Part shown: piece by piece, positions 1 through 10,612 of the stretch
Layout of the letters: each line of letters begins with the position of its first letter
Position numbering within the stretch: position 1 is the first letter of the stretch
Assembly (NCBI GenBank): GCA_024704765.1
Contig: JAKMXF010000233.1
Location: 434,001-498,000, forward strand
From: Oopsacas minuta
Lineage: Eukaryota; Animalia; Porifera
Direction of reading: 5' to 3'
DNA length: 64,000 nt
Notes under the pieces: generated by a model
What the model was told of the DNA's origin: nothing
The model's database searches: none
Seen by the model: only the letters and a program-made list of their open reading frames with translations
Translations under genes and position numbers: made by a program

Positions 1-436
1 GTGAATAACAAACTAACCATTGTGTTTATTTGCATTTTTAATCAGTCGCCTCTTATTTATGTGTTCTACCAATTTTCTATCCTCGAGTTTGTAACATATT
101 ATACTTCACTATTGTAATCACATTGCTTATTAGTTAGAACACGTGGATATATGTAAGTAGATTATAACGAGAAATCTATTATTTGTATTGGGTAATTGTG
201 TCAGTATTGTGTAAATTGTAATCATTATTGAATAATTAGATAATTATCAGCAAAGTCATTCAGGGCGCGCCTAAGTTTCTGCTGATAATTATCAAAGCGC
301 GCCAATTTTCCCGCCAGAATTTCTATATTTTGTGCATAAAGTTAACGAAAACTCTGAATAATGGGCATAATTCGTGGCAAATATTAAACTGATCACCCTA
401 CGTCTTTTATAAAGCAATTTCGAAACAGAGCAGAAG

Positions 437-528
437 TTCCCAACCTTTATTCACCCGTGGACCCTCCCATAGTTTCAGTACAAATTTTGAGATCTCTGCT
501 GTCGTCCATGGGTCCACGAACTTTTGTT
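437..528. mobile_element. hAT-like MITE fragment (family F; ends resemble CAGTGGTTCCCAACC)
   Basis: gttcccaacct...gtccatgggtccacgaacttttgttgggaac; related pieces at about 12240-12332, 30545-30605, 36395-36482, 49770-49810, 59008-59040 and 62530-62628. Confidence 0.55.
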
Positions 529-615
529 GGGAACAGCTGACTTAGAAGATAACCGCAATTGCGAGCACCAACTAACGAACTTTTACTGGGAAACTAATAT
601 TACATATATTATCAC

Positions 616-3600
616 CTGTTTTACATTCCTTCGCTATATTAGATTCCAGCTTTGTATATTCATAAATAATATTTTTAACTTGTCGCTGCTGTCTGTATCT
701 GTAATATCTTATAACCACACAAAATAACAGAGTAAGAGCGATCCCTAATACAACCATAAGGATTACAGCAGATGATCCAACGATAGCATAGCCGTACTGT
801 TCGGAGAATGTTGTGTCTGGTGGAGAAATTGGATCGGTGAATGTACAGTTGTGTGTATTACCAATTTCTACCTAAATAAATTTGATTGTGGATACATTGA
901 GGTGGATTTTTAAGGGGAAAAGGCAATAATATCTTAATTAAGCCACAATTACTGGTGGCTCAACCACTTCGCATGACCGTATCTCAAAAACTATAAATCC
1001 GTTCTCTATGGTAAAAATTGCAAAAAGTAGGTCAGAATGCCATCTTCCTGAAAAATTATGTCTCAGGACGATTCGCCCTACCATTAATACTCTATACCGG
1101 GGTATTTATGAGGTTTAATGCAGTGGTTCCCACCTGTATCCATGGAAGACAGTTTTTTTGTTAAAATTGGTATAGGGGGTACAGGGGTGTAAATGTGCAT
1201 CTACAGTCTCCCGCCGTGGTGAAAGGAGCCTAAAACGGCCACGGATGAACTTACCCTTAGGGTCCCAGATATCTGACTGGTTGGTATACATTCTAGATTA
1301 TCATCAGTAAGAGTTAGAATTGTACACCCAACTTTCTGGTTAGAAGTTGAGGTTATTGTAATGGAGTATTCATCTTCCTTAACTGACGAGAAACCAGTTC
1401 CCTATATAGAAATAAATATGTACAAATAAATACAAATGAACATCAAAATATATTCTCCTTACCCCTAACCAACTAATTTCCCTTTCACTACAGTGGTACC
1501 TGTATTGTACGACCCCTGCCATGAGCGACCACATTTGTCGGAACGCCAGGTGGTCGTACAAGGCAGGTACCACTGTATTAACATGGATATATTATACACG
1601 TCTAAATACCTTGATAATGATGCTACTCTTATAAACTGGGTCATCAGCACACATAGGATACTATAATATAATATATATATGTTTGTTTGTTTGTTTATTC
1701 ATTCGTTTATTACTTACCATTAATAGGGTATTCATTAATGTATATTCCACTACTATCACCCCATAATAGATGGAATTGAATCAGGTCTATATCTTCACTA
1801 AAAACCACAACTGGAGGATCACATTCAATTAGCATAGAAGATATCCAATTAGCATTCCGTATGGCATTCCCGTTGCTATACAGGTATATACAGGAGTATT
1901 GGAATCCTAGTATGGGTTCTGGCGCATTAACAGTAAATAGTCCCAATACGTCTGTAGTGTTATCTCCACTATGAACGGATAGTTCTATAGTTTCAGTAAT
2001 AGAAGGGCAGAAAGATGAGTTCATGCTTGGCTAGAGACGAAAATTTGTATAAACAAATGCTTTTAACAGTATAGCAGTGTTTGCTATATTGTTAAAACCA
2101 TAATAGCTAGAGTGCTGAGCTCTCAAGGAATGTTTAAATATCCTGAGGGTGTGCATGTGAGGTCAGATAATTTTGGAATTGTTAAAATGGCCTGGTCCCG
2201 CCTGGCTAAGCGGGGTCTACTCTATTTTATCTAACCTGTACAGCAGTGTTGGTACAAATAGTATTCGAGTGAGTACAAATATTGTCGTATAGACACCAGT
2301 AACAAGGTGCTGGAGATGAAGTACACGTCTCACATCTGGAATGGTAACTACAGTCATAGAAAATAAATCCATCTTCTTGTAGTGAAAAGTTACTAGCAAG
2401 TTCAGTCGAGTAGAGTGAAAAGTCAATAAATTGGAACTCTATACAAAAATATTAAAATTAGCTATTATTCCGACATTGAAGTTACGCTGCATCAGTAAGG
2501 GAATTCATGCAACATAGGCAAACTACACTGTATTATACACAGGGCATACTCACCGCTAGATATCGTGAACTGAATAGGAACTTCACAATACGCCTGTACC
2601 TCTCCGGGTATATCAGGACCAGTTAGACTAATATCCACACCAAACATAGTTATTCTATCAACGCTAGTACGATATGACAGGAATACACACTCATACGTGT
2701 AGGTAGTCTGTAGTTGAGGCAAATTCTGTATGCTCAGTATTAACTAGAAGGAAATAGAGAATTAGTGGATAAGAGCACCCTTGGGAGGAGCAATACATAT
2801 TTAAATACACAGGAATATGTGAGAACCGTTTTCCAGAGGTCGCTGTAGAGATATACCAGAAAGGGAGCAGGTAGCCGTTAACCAGGTTTAATTGAATTTT
2901 AGTTCCGAGGTAGAATGATAAGATCTTAACAAACCTGTGTCGTTTCCCCTGTTTGAGCAAGGGAAGGAGTTATAGAGTTTATAATCAGACATAGAGTAGA
3001 GTTATTTGTTATCCATCTCAGAGATAGATCTGCACTAGCACAAGCTGATCTAAATACAACACATAATATACTTAGCAAAGATTGCTGCAAAATGAACCTT
3101 GCATAAACTGCTTGCATAAAGCTAACTATTGTGACAAACGTAATTCTGACTCGATTGCATAATTCGCCCAAGATTACTGCCTGTTCCCCCACAAATGTTA
3201 TTTTCACATTAATAGCAAAAATGTTGATTTAATCATAATCAATAAAATACAAATAAGAAAGTGTCCATTTGTGTACACTCAATTAATCTAAACCATTATC
3301 TGAACATATACTCTTAGGCTCAGTAGATATATAACGTTCATTTCTTCTAGCATTTCTCATATGTAATAGCTTCAATATCCTCCAAGCTACAGGAGGGGAA
3401 CAGTTGAGTACAGATATTATAGGGTATATCAGGCCAGTCGAAAGAGAATTGTTCTCAACTTCACTCCAGATTTCTTCCAATGATTTGTCCTGATTGAAAT
3501 CTTCCATACAAAAATTCTCGAATGAGATCTGGAATTGTTCATGAGTTTCCAAAATAGTTTTGACAATTGATAACTCGCGAGATGGATTGCTATTAATCGC

Positions 3601-6600
3601 GATTTCAAGTATTGAATTCGCCGATTTCAACTTCGCCTTGACTTGACTGCATTCTAGTGCTTTGCCGAACTCTATGATCTTTCCAATACAATTCTCCATA
3701 TCATCTTTCATGTGGTTTATTAGATTCGAAACTCGGCTACACATAACTTCCACACAACACTGTTCATAAAGATGCGTCACTGTCCGGGTAAAATTCCGCA
3801 TAACCATGACATGATTGGTTGCTATGTTAACCAAATTTATCAAGCACTGTTTGCTCGTTAGCGTCCCGACAATTGTCTCTACAGAAGTGAGGCTAATTAT
3901 CCTTGAGAACGATCCCATAAGCGACCCGTGGGGTAAATCGAATTCAGATAATTCTGGCAGTTCGATATCGTACATGATTAGATTCCCTATCGTCTTATAG
4001 ATCTCGTTAGAACATGTGTAAAGCTGTTCAAGGAAGGAGAGACCGTCGCTTAATAGAGTCCTGAGTTCGATTAGTTTATCACGGACGCGTTGTGGATGTG
4101 AAATATCGCAATCTTCAACTTGTCCTGAATAGAATGATAATCTGCAGCACAATATGACGTCATCAATTCGCTCTAAGGTTGAATTGACAGTTATCAACAT
4201 GTCTGTCAGTTTGGAACTTGTGTTTTCTGAGTCATATATTTGTGACTGTGATCTGACTGACTGTAAAATCGAGCTGCGAACTGATGTGAATTCTATCGGT
4301 TCTTCTAGAGAACTTTCTTCTTCAGTAAACCATGAGGCCATTTCGTATGATTGTAGTTGTATAGTTTGTTTATTTGTTTACGGAATAATCTCATATTTAT
4401 ACACAAAAACTATAAGGAATTCTTATAGAGAATTTGATCCATCATCATAGGGCTAATCACTTTGCAGTTATGCAGTATATTTGTTGTGTGAAAAGACTCT
4501 ACTATATTTATTATTATCTTATACGTTTACGTATACAAATACGAGACATTATATTTACAGATTATAATAATATAAATATGATATTATTAGCAGGTTATAC
4601 ATATGATGGGTAGTCATATATGAGTTGACAATTAACAATATTAAGGACGTCATTCCACTCATTTAGATAATCTGTAATTGTGACATACCAAATCCCCAGG
4701 ATTTTCGAATATTCCCAACTTAATTCCCAAGTTTTACAGTGGAGTTTGCTATTAGAGGAATTGTTTCCAATACAAAATGGACCTTAAGTCCCTGAATAAC
4801 TTGCTAATAGACGAACACCCAATGTATATACATAAATATTTAGCAATTCAAATAAACGATTGCGCGATTACCAAACATGAACTTACTTTCTAGTACAACT
4901 ATCCGTCAGTGAACAATACCCGCATATTGGGTCTATTGTATCAACACAGCTCTCACAGCTTGTATAACTATCACAGTTATCTATAGCGATTCTGTAGAGT
5001 AGAGTTTCTCTTGATGCGTATAGATATTCATTATAGCGACTAGCTATCATAGCAGTGAAGGGAACATTAAGTTTATTGTTTAGAAATATGTTTTCTATTA
5101 GAATTATACTGTTAGGACTGATTAGCTGAAACTATAGGAGAGACATAGTATAGTGTAATCTCCATAAATGGGGCTTGTGAAAACTGGGAGAATTCCTATT
5201 CCCGTACGAATGAAACTCCACAAACGGGAATTTGGCAGAAATGAGGTAGCATTATCGGCGGCCATGGCACTCCGTTTGTGGAAGCTACACTGTCCCCGAT
5301 TTCCTTGTGGTTTTCAAATCCATAGGGCCTTGGGATATTCCCATAGTACAAAAATACGAACACAAACGGACGGTAAAAATGTGTTTGCTTTATCCGGAGT
5401 AATACCAATTGAATAACTATTATAGGAGCTGATTATGTGGAATATTCCGGTAGTTCGTATTAACGCGGTTCCCTTGTACTTAACTTGAATATTTCCCCAA
5501 GATTGTTCCCAACATATACAAGAGCTGATTCATCGAATGAGAGAGGATATACAGCAGAAACTCCACTGTACATCGTGTTATCATAATTAAGATCTGTCCC
5601 AGGTATACCTGTGTAGTTATATATTCGGCAGGTATTTGAATCACTCATGCATAGCTCGCAAACTGAAATCGGCTACAAGATGGTAATTTTGTTAATTCAT
5701 CCAAAGGGAAATACATTGTGGTTTGAGAGATTCATAACTTACCTGTCCTTGTTTACAAGTATGATGTGTACCGCCAGCTACTTGAACCCAATCAAATACA
5801 TACTCAATCATTGCTGATCCATCCATGCAACTTTGTATTGTTGTATTGATTGTATTCTCTATATCTGATTGTGTATACACACAAATGACTGAATCTACAT
5901 CCAGTTCTCCAGTCGTAAAAGCCACTATGATAACTTGACCATAGAATGTGTTTAACTCTCCAAACGAGACAGTCTGTGGGTACTTCTTAAAACCATCACA
6001 TGGACTTAGACTTACTTCTATCAAAGAAACGATTGTTGACGGTGATAGTGATTCATTTTCACACATTCGCATTACATATAGAGGAAAATCCGATCCCTTA
6101 ATATGTCTGCTTATGAAATATACAAATCCATTTAGAGAATATGCCAACAGAGATCTGCGGGTTGGAGTTGTGCCCGTAGGAACAGTGCCAGTAAACTGAT
6201 CAGTGAAATCGGGTACAGGAATCTCCAATTTCGTATTATTGTATATGGTTGAGGGCTAAATTCTAGACGGATATAACCTCATAAATATCAAGGTGTTAAT
6301 CACCGGTGGAGATTTATGATATCCCCCAACGAAAGTAGAATCCATCGCACTTGCGAGAGATCCTCGAAATACTTAGAACTCAGTATTTGAATAAGATGCA
6401 CTCGTTAGCAAAATTGAGTACTAACTGAAGTACGTCTTAAGCCGAGTGCTAACTGTAATATATTGTAAATACTTGTTTAGCAATCTTACAATTGTGCTAT
6501 CAGGAATTCCCCACCAGAATATTAGGTATTATGACAACAGTAACAATATGCATTTTACTATTTACATGGAGAAGTGTTCCTTATAGGGTGGGATCAATCG

Positions 6601-9600
6601 TTACCTCGCCCAGGAAAAAATCCTGTATGAAACCCTGGCTGTTATCTAATTAATTACATTCCTATCCAACCAATCAATAACCAGTATCATATTTACAGAG
6701 AATAACAACTGTTAGATAAATGAATTATTATAAATCTAATTTTAGAATAACACAGACATCATCATGACAGTATACATTCCATAAGCTGTTTATTAATAAA
6801 ATTATTCAATTTATTATAAACTATATAAATTCCAAACATCACTCAGCGTTGCCAAGGTTAAATTCTGCAAAAATAAATTGGAAATAATGAAATCTGAAAC
6901 CAACATCTCACCATAGCAACCAATACTGACTAATACTATGTGTGAAACAATACAAAGCGATCGTAGCATTATTTCTCCGCAGCCGCAATATTGTATGGCA
7001 TGTTAAGCCCTATAAAATAGTTAGAACTTAGAATTTCTCTATAATATATGACGAATATTTGAACTGTGAAGTTTGAGAATGTCTCGCACGGATTCGGATT
7101 TTAATTTCGAGATTGAAAGATTACAACATGGACTATTTAGTGTATTTGATGATTATTTGCTTGTAGAATCAAGTACGTGTAATTTGAATGAAAAAGAGTT
7201 TGAGGGCCAGAATGAGTACGATGATTTGGAAGACTTAATCGAGCAATTTGAATCAATTCTCGAAACCAGTTTGGACAGTAGTTTGTATAGCAAATCAGTG
7301 AAATCTATTGCCATTCCTTTCTACAACACCAGTTTATTTCCCAACACGCCGTCTACTATAAATTTTCCAGGTCCCGACCAACATATCGATTTCTTTCCCA
7401 GAGAAGTACAGCCTATTTTGTACTGGAAACACAGTGCTATAACCCCTAATATTGTCAGGAAATGTGTGAAAGACGCAGGTTTCAGGACGACAACTGGTGA
7501 CGAATGGATCGGCTACTTTGGTAAACATATGAAAGCAAGTTCCTTCAAGTCCCTCGCTCCCTTTCAGAAGTTCAATCACTTCCCGGGGTCATTCCAATTG
7601 GGTCGTAAAGACAATCTCTGGCGGAATCTCAACAAACTGCAACTCAAAAACTCAAGACATGATTTTAGATTTCTCCCACAAACATTTATACTCCCAGGGG
7701 ATTATGAATCTTTCAAATATAACTGGAACATCCAAGGACCCGAGACAAGATGGATTAAAAAGCCATTAGCAAGCGCACGGGGGATCGGCGTCGAGTTGAT
7801 ACAAACATTAGCTGATATCCCTAAAGATAAGCCTTTGATTGTACAACGGTATATCACCAATCCTCTCCTAATAAACGAGTCCAAATGTGATTTAAGGATA
7901 TACGTATACGTGACGTCATTTGACCCTCTTATTGTGTACATTTACAAAGATGGAGTTGCTAGATTTGCTACTGAGAAATACTCAAATTCTTCTGAAGATA
8001 TTCATAATAGATTCATACATCTCACGAATTACTCGGTGAATAAGATGAATCCGAATTTCCATATTACAAAAGACGGAAGCAAAGCCGAGGGGCATAAATG
8101 GACATTAACCACGTTCTGGAGAATTCTCCAACAAAATGGAATTGATACAAATCGAATTTGGGAAGAAATCAAATCAATGGTGCTTAAGACAATCATATCA
8201 GTGGATTCGTGTATAAATACATATGTTAAGAACAAAGTGAAGTGCAAGGAATGTTGTCATGAACTATTCGGATTTGATGTAATACTGGACGCGGATTATA
8301 AGCCCTGGCTACTTGAAGTTAATATTTCACCAAGTCTTCATTCCGTATCGGAGTTCGATGTTAGTTTAAAATCACCGCTTGTAGCAAATCTGCTTACACT
8401 CGCTGGATATCGTGTTCCGAATAATGATTCACCACCAATATCCTTGACTTCGAATGAGCGATATAAACACGCATATTTCGCCAGGAAAGGAGTACAGAAC
8501 TACAGTCCGTCCAAACTCTTAGCTACACTGACACCCGATGATATAAGAACACTTATAGACACAGAGGACGAGCTGAAAAGATGCGAGCATTTCGAACGAA
8601 TATTCCCGAATGATTCCACAGAAAAATACCTACATTTCTTCCCAATTCAGAGATACTATAATTTACTGTTAAACGCTTGGTACAAAAGTTCATATGGTAA
8701 AACGAATAGAGGTGTTACATTCCTCAAATCACTAGCTGATGATAATATGCACATAACACGGAGCCCGCCTAAATCTCGTGTATGGAGTCCTGCTAAAGGT
8801 AACATATTCGGTTTTAAACACATTACAATGAAGAAATATCAATTGTCTGTTTTTACACAAAAAAGATCTTTGTCTTGCAATTAGTCTAACTATTGATTTG
8901 TTAAGTTTATGGAAATATTGGTAATATACATATGCCTATTTTATTAAAGAATATTCACATATGAGAAACTTGTTTCAGCTCCACATGGTGTACATCTAAG
9001 CATGTGGACGGGCGGTGTTGCATAATACAAAGTGTCCAATTCATGCAATTCCAATGATTCTACTTGTAAATATGTTAATTAAGCGTGTTAAGGGAAGTCT
9101 GTGAAGATAAAATCACTACTATTCACCCGTTAGTTAGTAAATATATTGTATAGTTGAATTTCATATTACAGGTAAACTTGATGCGGGCGGTGGAGCTGAA
9201 ATAAGTTTCCAACTAACACAAATGGCATTCAGGCTCCGGCCGTCGCTTATTTATGTCCTGTGGACAATTGGACACAATTACCCATAACTTACAGTAATCT
9301 GTATGTAATTGCACCTGTTCTCTCATCTGCTATGACAAAACAAATAGAATTAGATCCTCGTATCGTTACAGGGAGAATTTCCATATCATTATTAGGAAAT
9401 GTAGCATGTGAATTATCTATAAATCCCGAGCCTGTAAACCTATTCTTCTGGGATACATCTGTGATATTGAATATGAAGCAATAACCTGTTTTTATGGAAC
9501 AAGCAAAACCAGTCTTAATATCGGGAGATACTATCACATTTCTACAAATACAAAATGTTAGATCAAAGGTTTATAAACTGTTTTCACCCCTGGTACTAAT

Positions 9601-10123
9601 TTTAACACATTCTGTGGACCCCGGCTGTTGTCCGTGGTCCAACAAGGGTTCGGGCGGATGGATGAGAATCTCACAATTTCCAACTCGGTATAATAATTTT
9701 CGGGATCTTCGAAAATTTCCTTGCATATATTTCCAAGTTTTACATCCAAAAATAGCAATTCCAGGCTATTATTCGGGGAAAAGGCACATAAATTTGCAAA
9801 TATTTCCCAAGAGGGTTGTGAAGTATGTAAGCTATTCCCTCGAAGGTTCTGTTAGTAAATATCTAAAGTTTGTAAATTATTGTTATTAATATGAGTACTC
9901 ACGTTGCTGTTAGCTCATTGCTCTCAAACTTAGATTTCGTAACCATAGTATCATCGATGTGATAAAGGAATGTAGCAGCCACATACACCTCATTAGTCAA
10001 CTCGTTCAATACGAAATCTTCAATATGTCTCTGTTCGGACCATTCAAGCACTTTGGATGGGTTTAGTGACGTCACGATTGCGATATACGTAAGAGCAATG
10101 AAAAATGAGAAAATCGATTTCAT
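616..10123 (-). CDS. PLXN: Plexin-like receptor (signal peptide, Sema, PSI, IPT, PSI, IPT, IPT, TM, juxtamembrane); multi-exon; cytoplasmic part continues beyond position 1
   Basis: Exon 10123-9903 MKSIFSFFIALTYIAIVTS...EVYVAATFLYHI (signal peptide plus Sema start) splices in phase to 9541-9293. Sema exon 6255-5742 (GFVYFISR...SVICVYTQSDIENTINTTIQSCMDG). PSI CDSYTSCESCVDTIDPICGYCSLTDSCTRK|SACASADLSLRW joined across intron 4886-3050. Second PSI FYDCSYHSRCETCTSSPAPCYWCLYDNIC near 2350-2240. TM followed by YEYTKLESNIAKECKTG (plexin juxtamembrane motif) in exon 871-616. The link between 9293 and 6255 is not fully resolved. Confidence 0.85.
1491..1575. mobile_element. Short pogo/Tc1-mariner-type MITE
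   Basis: TIR cagtggtacctg.(a/c)ttgtacgacc at both ends, flanked by TA on both sides; lies in a plexin intron. Confidence 0.8.
3283..4341 (-). CDS. Uncharacterised intronless 352-aa protein, predicted mostly helical, nested in a plexin intron
   Basis: 1059-nt ATG-to-stop ORF in AT-rich DNA with amphipathic-helix-like composition; I recognise no family. Confidence 0.7.
   Translation of the reverse strand: MASWFTEEESSLEEPIEFTSVRSSILQSVRSQSQIYDSENTSSKLTDMLITVNSTLERIDDVILCCRLSFYSGQVEDCDISHPQRVRDKLIELRTLLSDGLSFLEQLYTCSNEIYKTIGNLIMYDIELPELSEFDLPHGSLMGSFSRIISLTSVETIVGTLTSKQCLINLVNIATNHVMVMRNFTRTVTHLYEQCCVEVMCSRVSNLINHMKDDMENCIGKIIEFGKALECSQVKAKLKSANSILEIAINSNPSRELSIVKTILETHEQFQISFENFCMEDFNQDKSLEEIWSEVENNSLSTGLIYPIISVLNCSPPVAWRILKLLHMRNARRNERYISTEPKSICSDNGLD
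7079..8884 (+). CDS. TTLL4: Tubulin polyglutamylase TTLL4-like, intronless
   Basis: QKFNHFPGSFQLGRKDNLWRNL, WIKKPLASARGIGV, VQRYITNPLLIN..KCDLRIYV, HLTNYSVNK, ELFGFDVILDADYKPWLLEVNISPSL; first ATG at 7079. Confidence 0.9.
   Translation: MSRTDSDFNFEIERLQHGLFSVFDDYLLVESSTCNLNEKEFEGQNEYDDLEDLIEQFESILETSLDSSLYSKSVKSIAIPFYNTSLFPNTPSTINFPGPDQHIDFFPREVQPILYWKHSAITPNIVRKCVKDAGFRTTTGDEWIGYFGKHMKASSFKSLAPFQKFNHFPGSFQLGRKDNLWRNLNKLQLKNSRHDFRFLPQTFILPGDYESFKYNWNIQGPETRWIKKPLASARGIGVELIQTLADIPKDKPLIVQRYITNPLLINESKCDLRIYVYVTSFDPLIVYIYKDGVARFATEKYSNSSEDIHNRFIHLTNYSVNKMNPNFHITKDGSKAEGHKWTLTTFWRILQQNGIDTNRIWEEIKSMVLKTIISVDSCINTYVKNKVKCKECCHELFGFDVILDADYKPWLLEVNISPSLHSVSEFDVSLKSPLVANLLTLAGYRVPNNDSPPISLTSNERYKHAYFARKGVQNYSPSKLLATLTPDDIRTLIDTEDELKRCEHFERIFPNDSTEKYLHFFPIQRYYNLLLNAWYKSSYGKTNRGVTFLKSLADDNMHITRSPPKSRVWSPAKGNIFGFKHITMKKYQLSVFTQKRSLSCN
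8961..9213. mobile_element. MITE family B copy
   Basis: TIR gaaacttgtttcagctccac / gtggagctgaaataagtttc; internal about 150 bp nearly identical to the other three copies. Confidence 0.8.
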
Positions 10124-10612
10124 TCAAGTAATTGGGTTGCTACGTTGTTGAAAGAAATCGTAAAATATCTAACAAGATGGCGAACCACTGGAAAGTGGAC
10201 AAATAAACGATTAGAACACTTTAATGGGAGATATTAAAAAGAGTAACTGTTACTTATTCGTTGTCACGCTACTTCATTCATAGAATTGAGATTATAGCTT
10301 GCTTTAGCCATTCATAGCAATTTGTGTTGGGATACTATAGCAATTCATTTCCAGGCAGATTTCGGGGGGATGGGATATAAACTTCAACTCAGGTTAGAAA
10401 GAGCAGGAATTCTGGCCAAAATCGGAATAGTTGGCAATTATGGCGAAAGTATGGAAAATTGTGTAAGTACAAATCATAGCACCATTGGACAGGACAAGGA
10501 CCAAATCGGTTTATTATTATTCAATGAATCAAGTATACATTTCCACAGTTGCATTAATAAGTAACAAAAGTGTATTTCTCAAGAATATATACAAAAAATC
10601 CAGCAAAGAACA

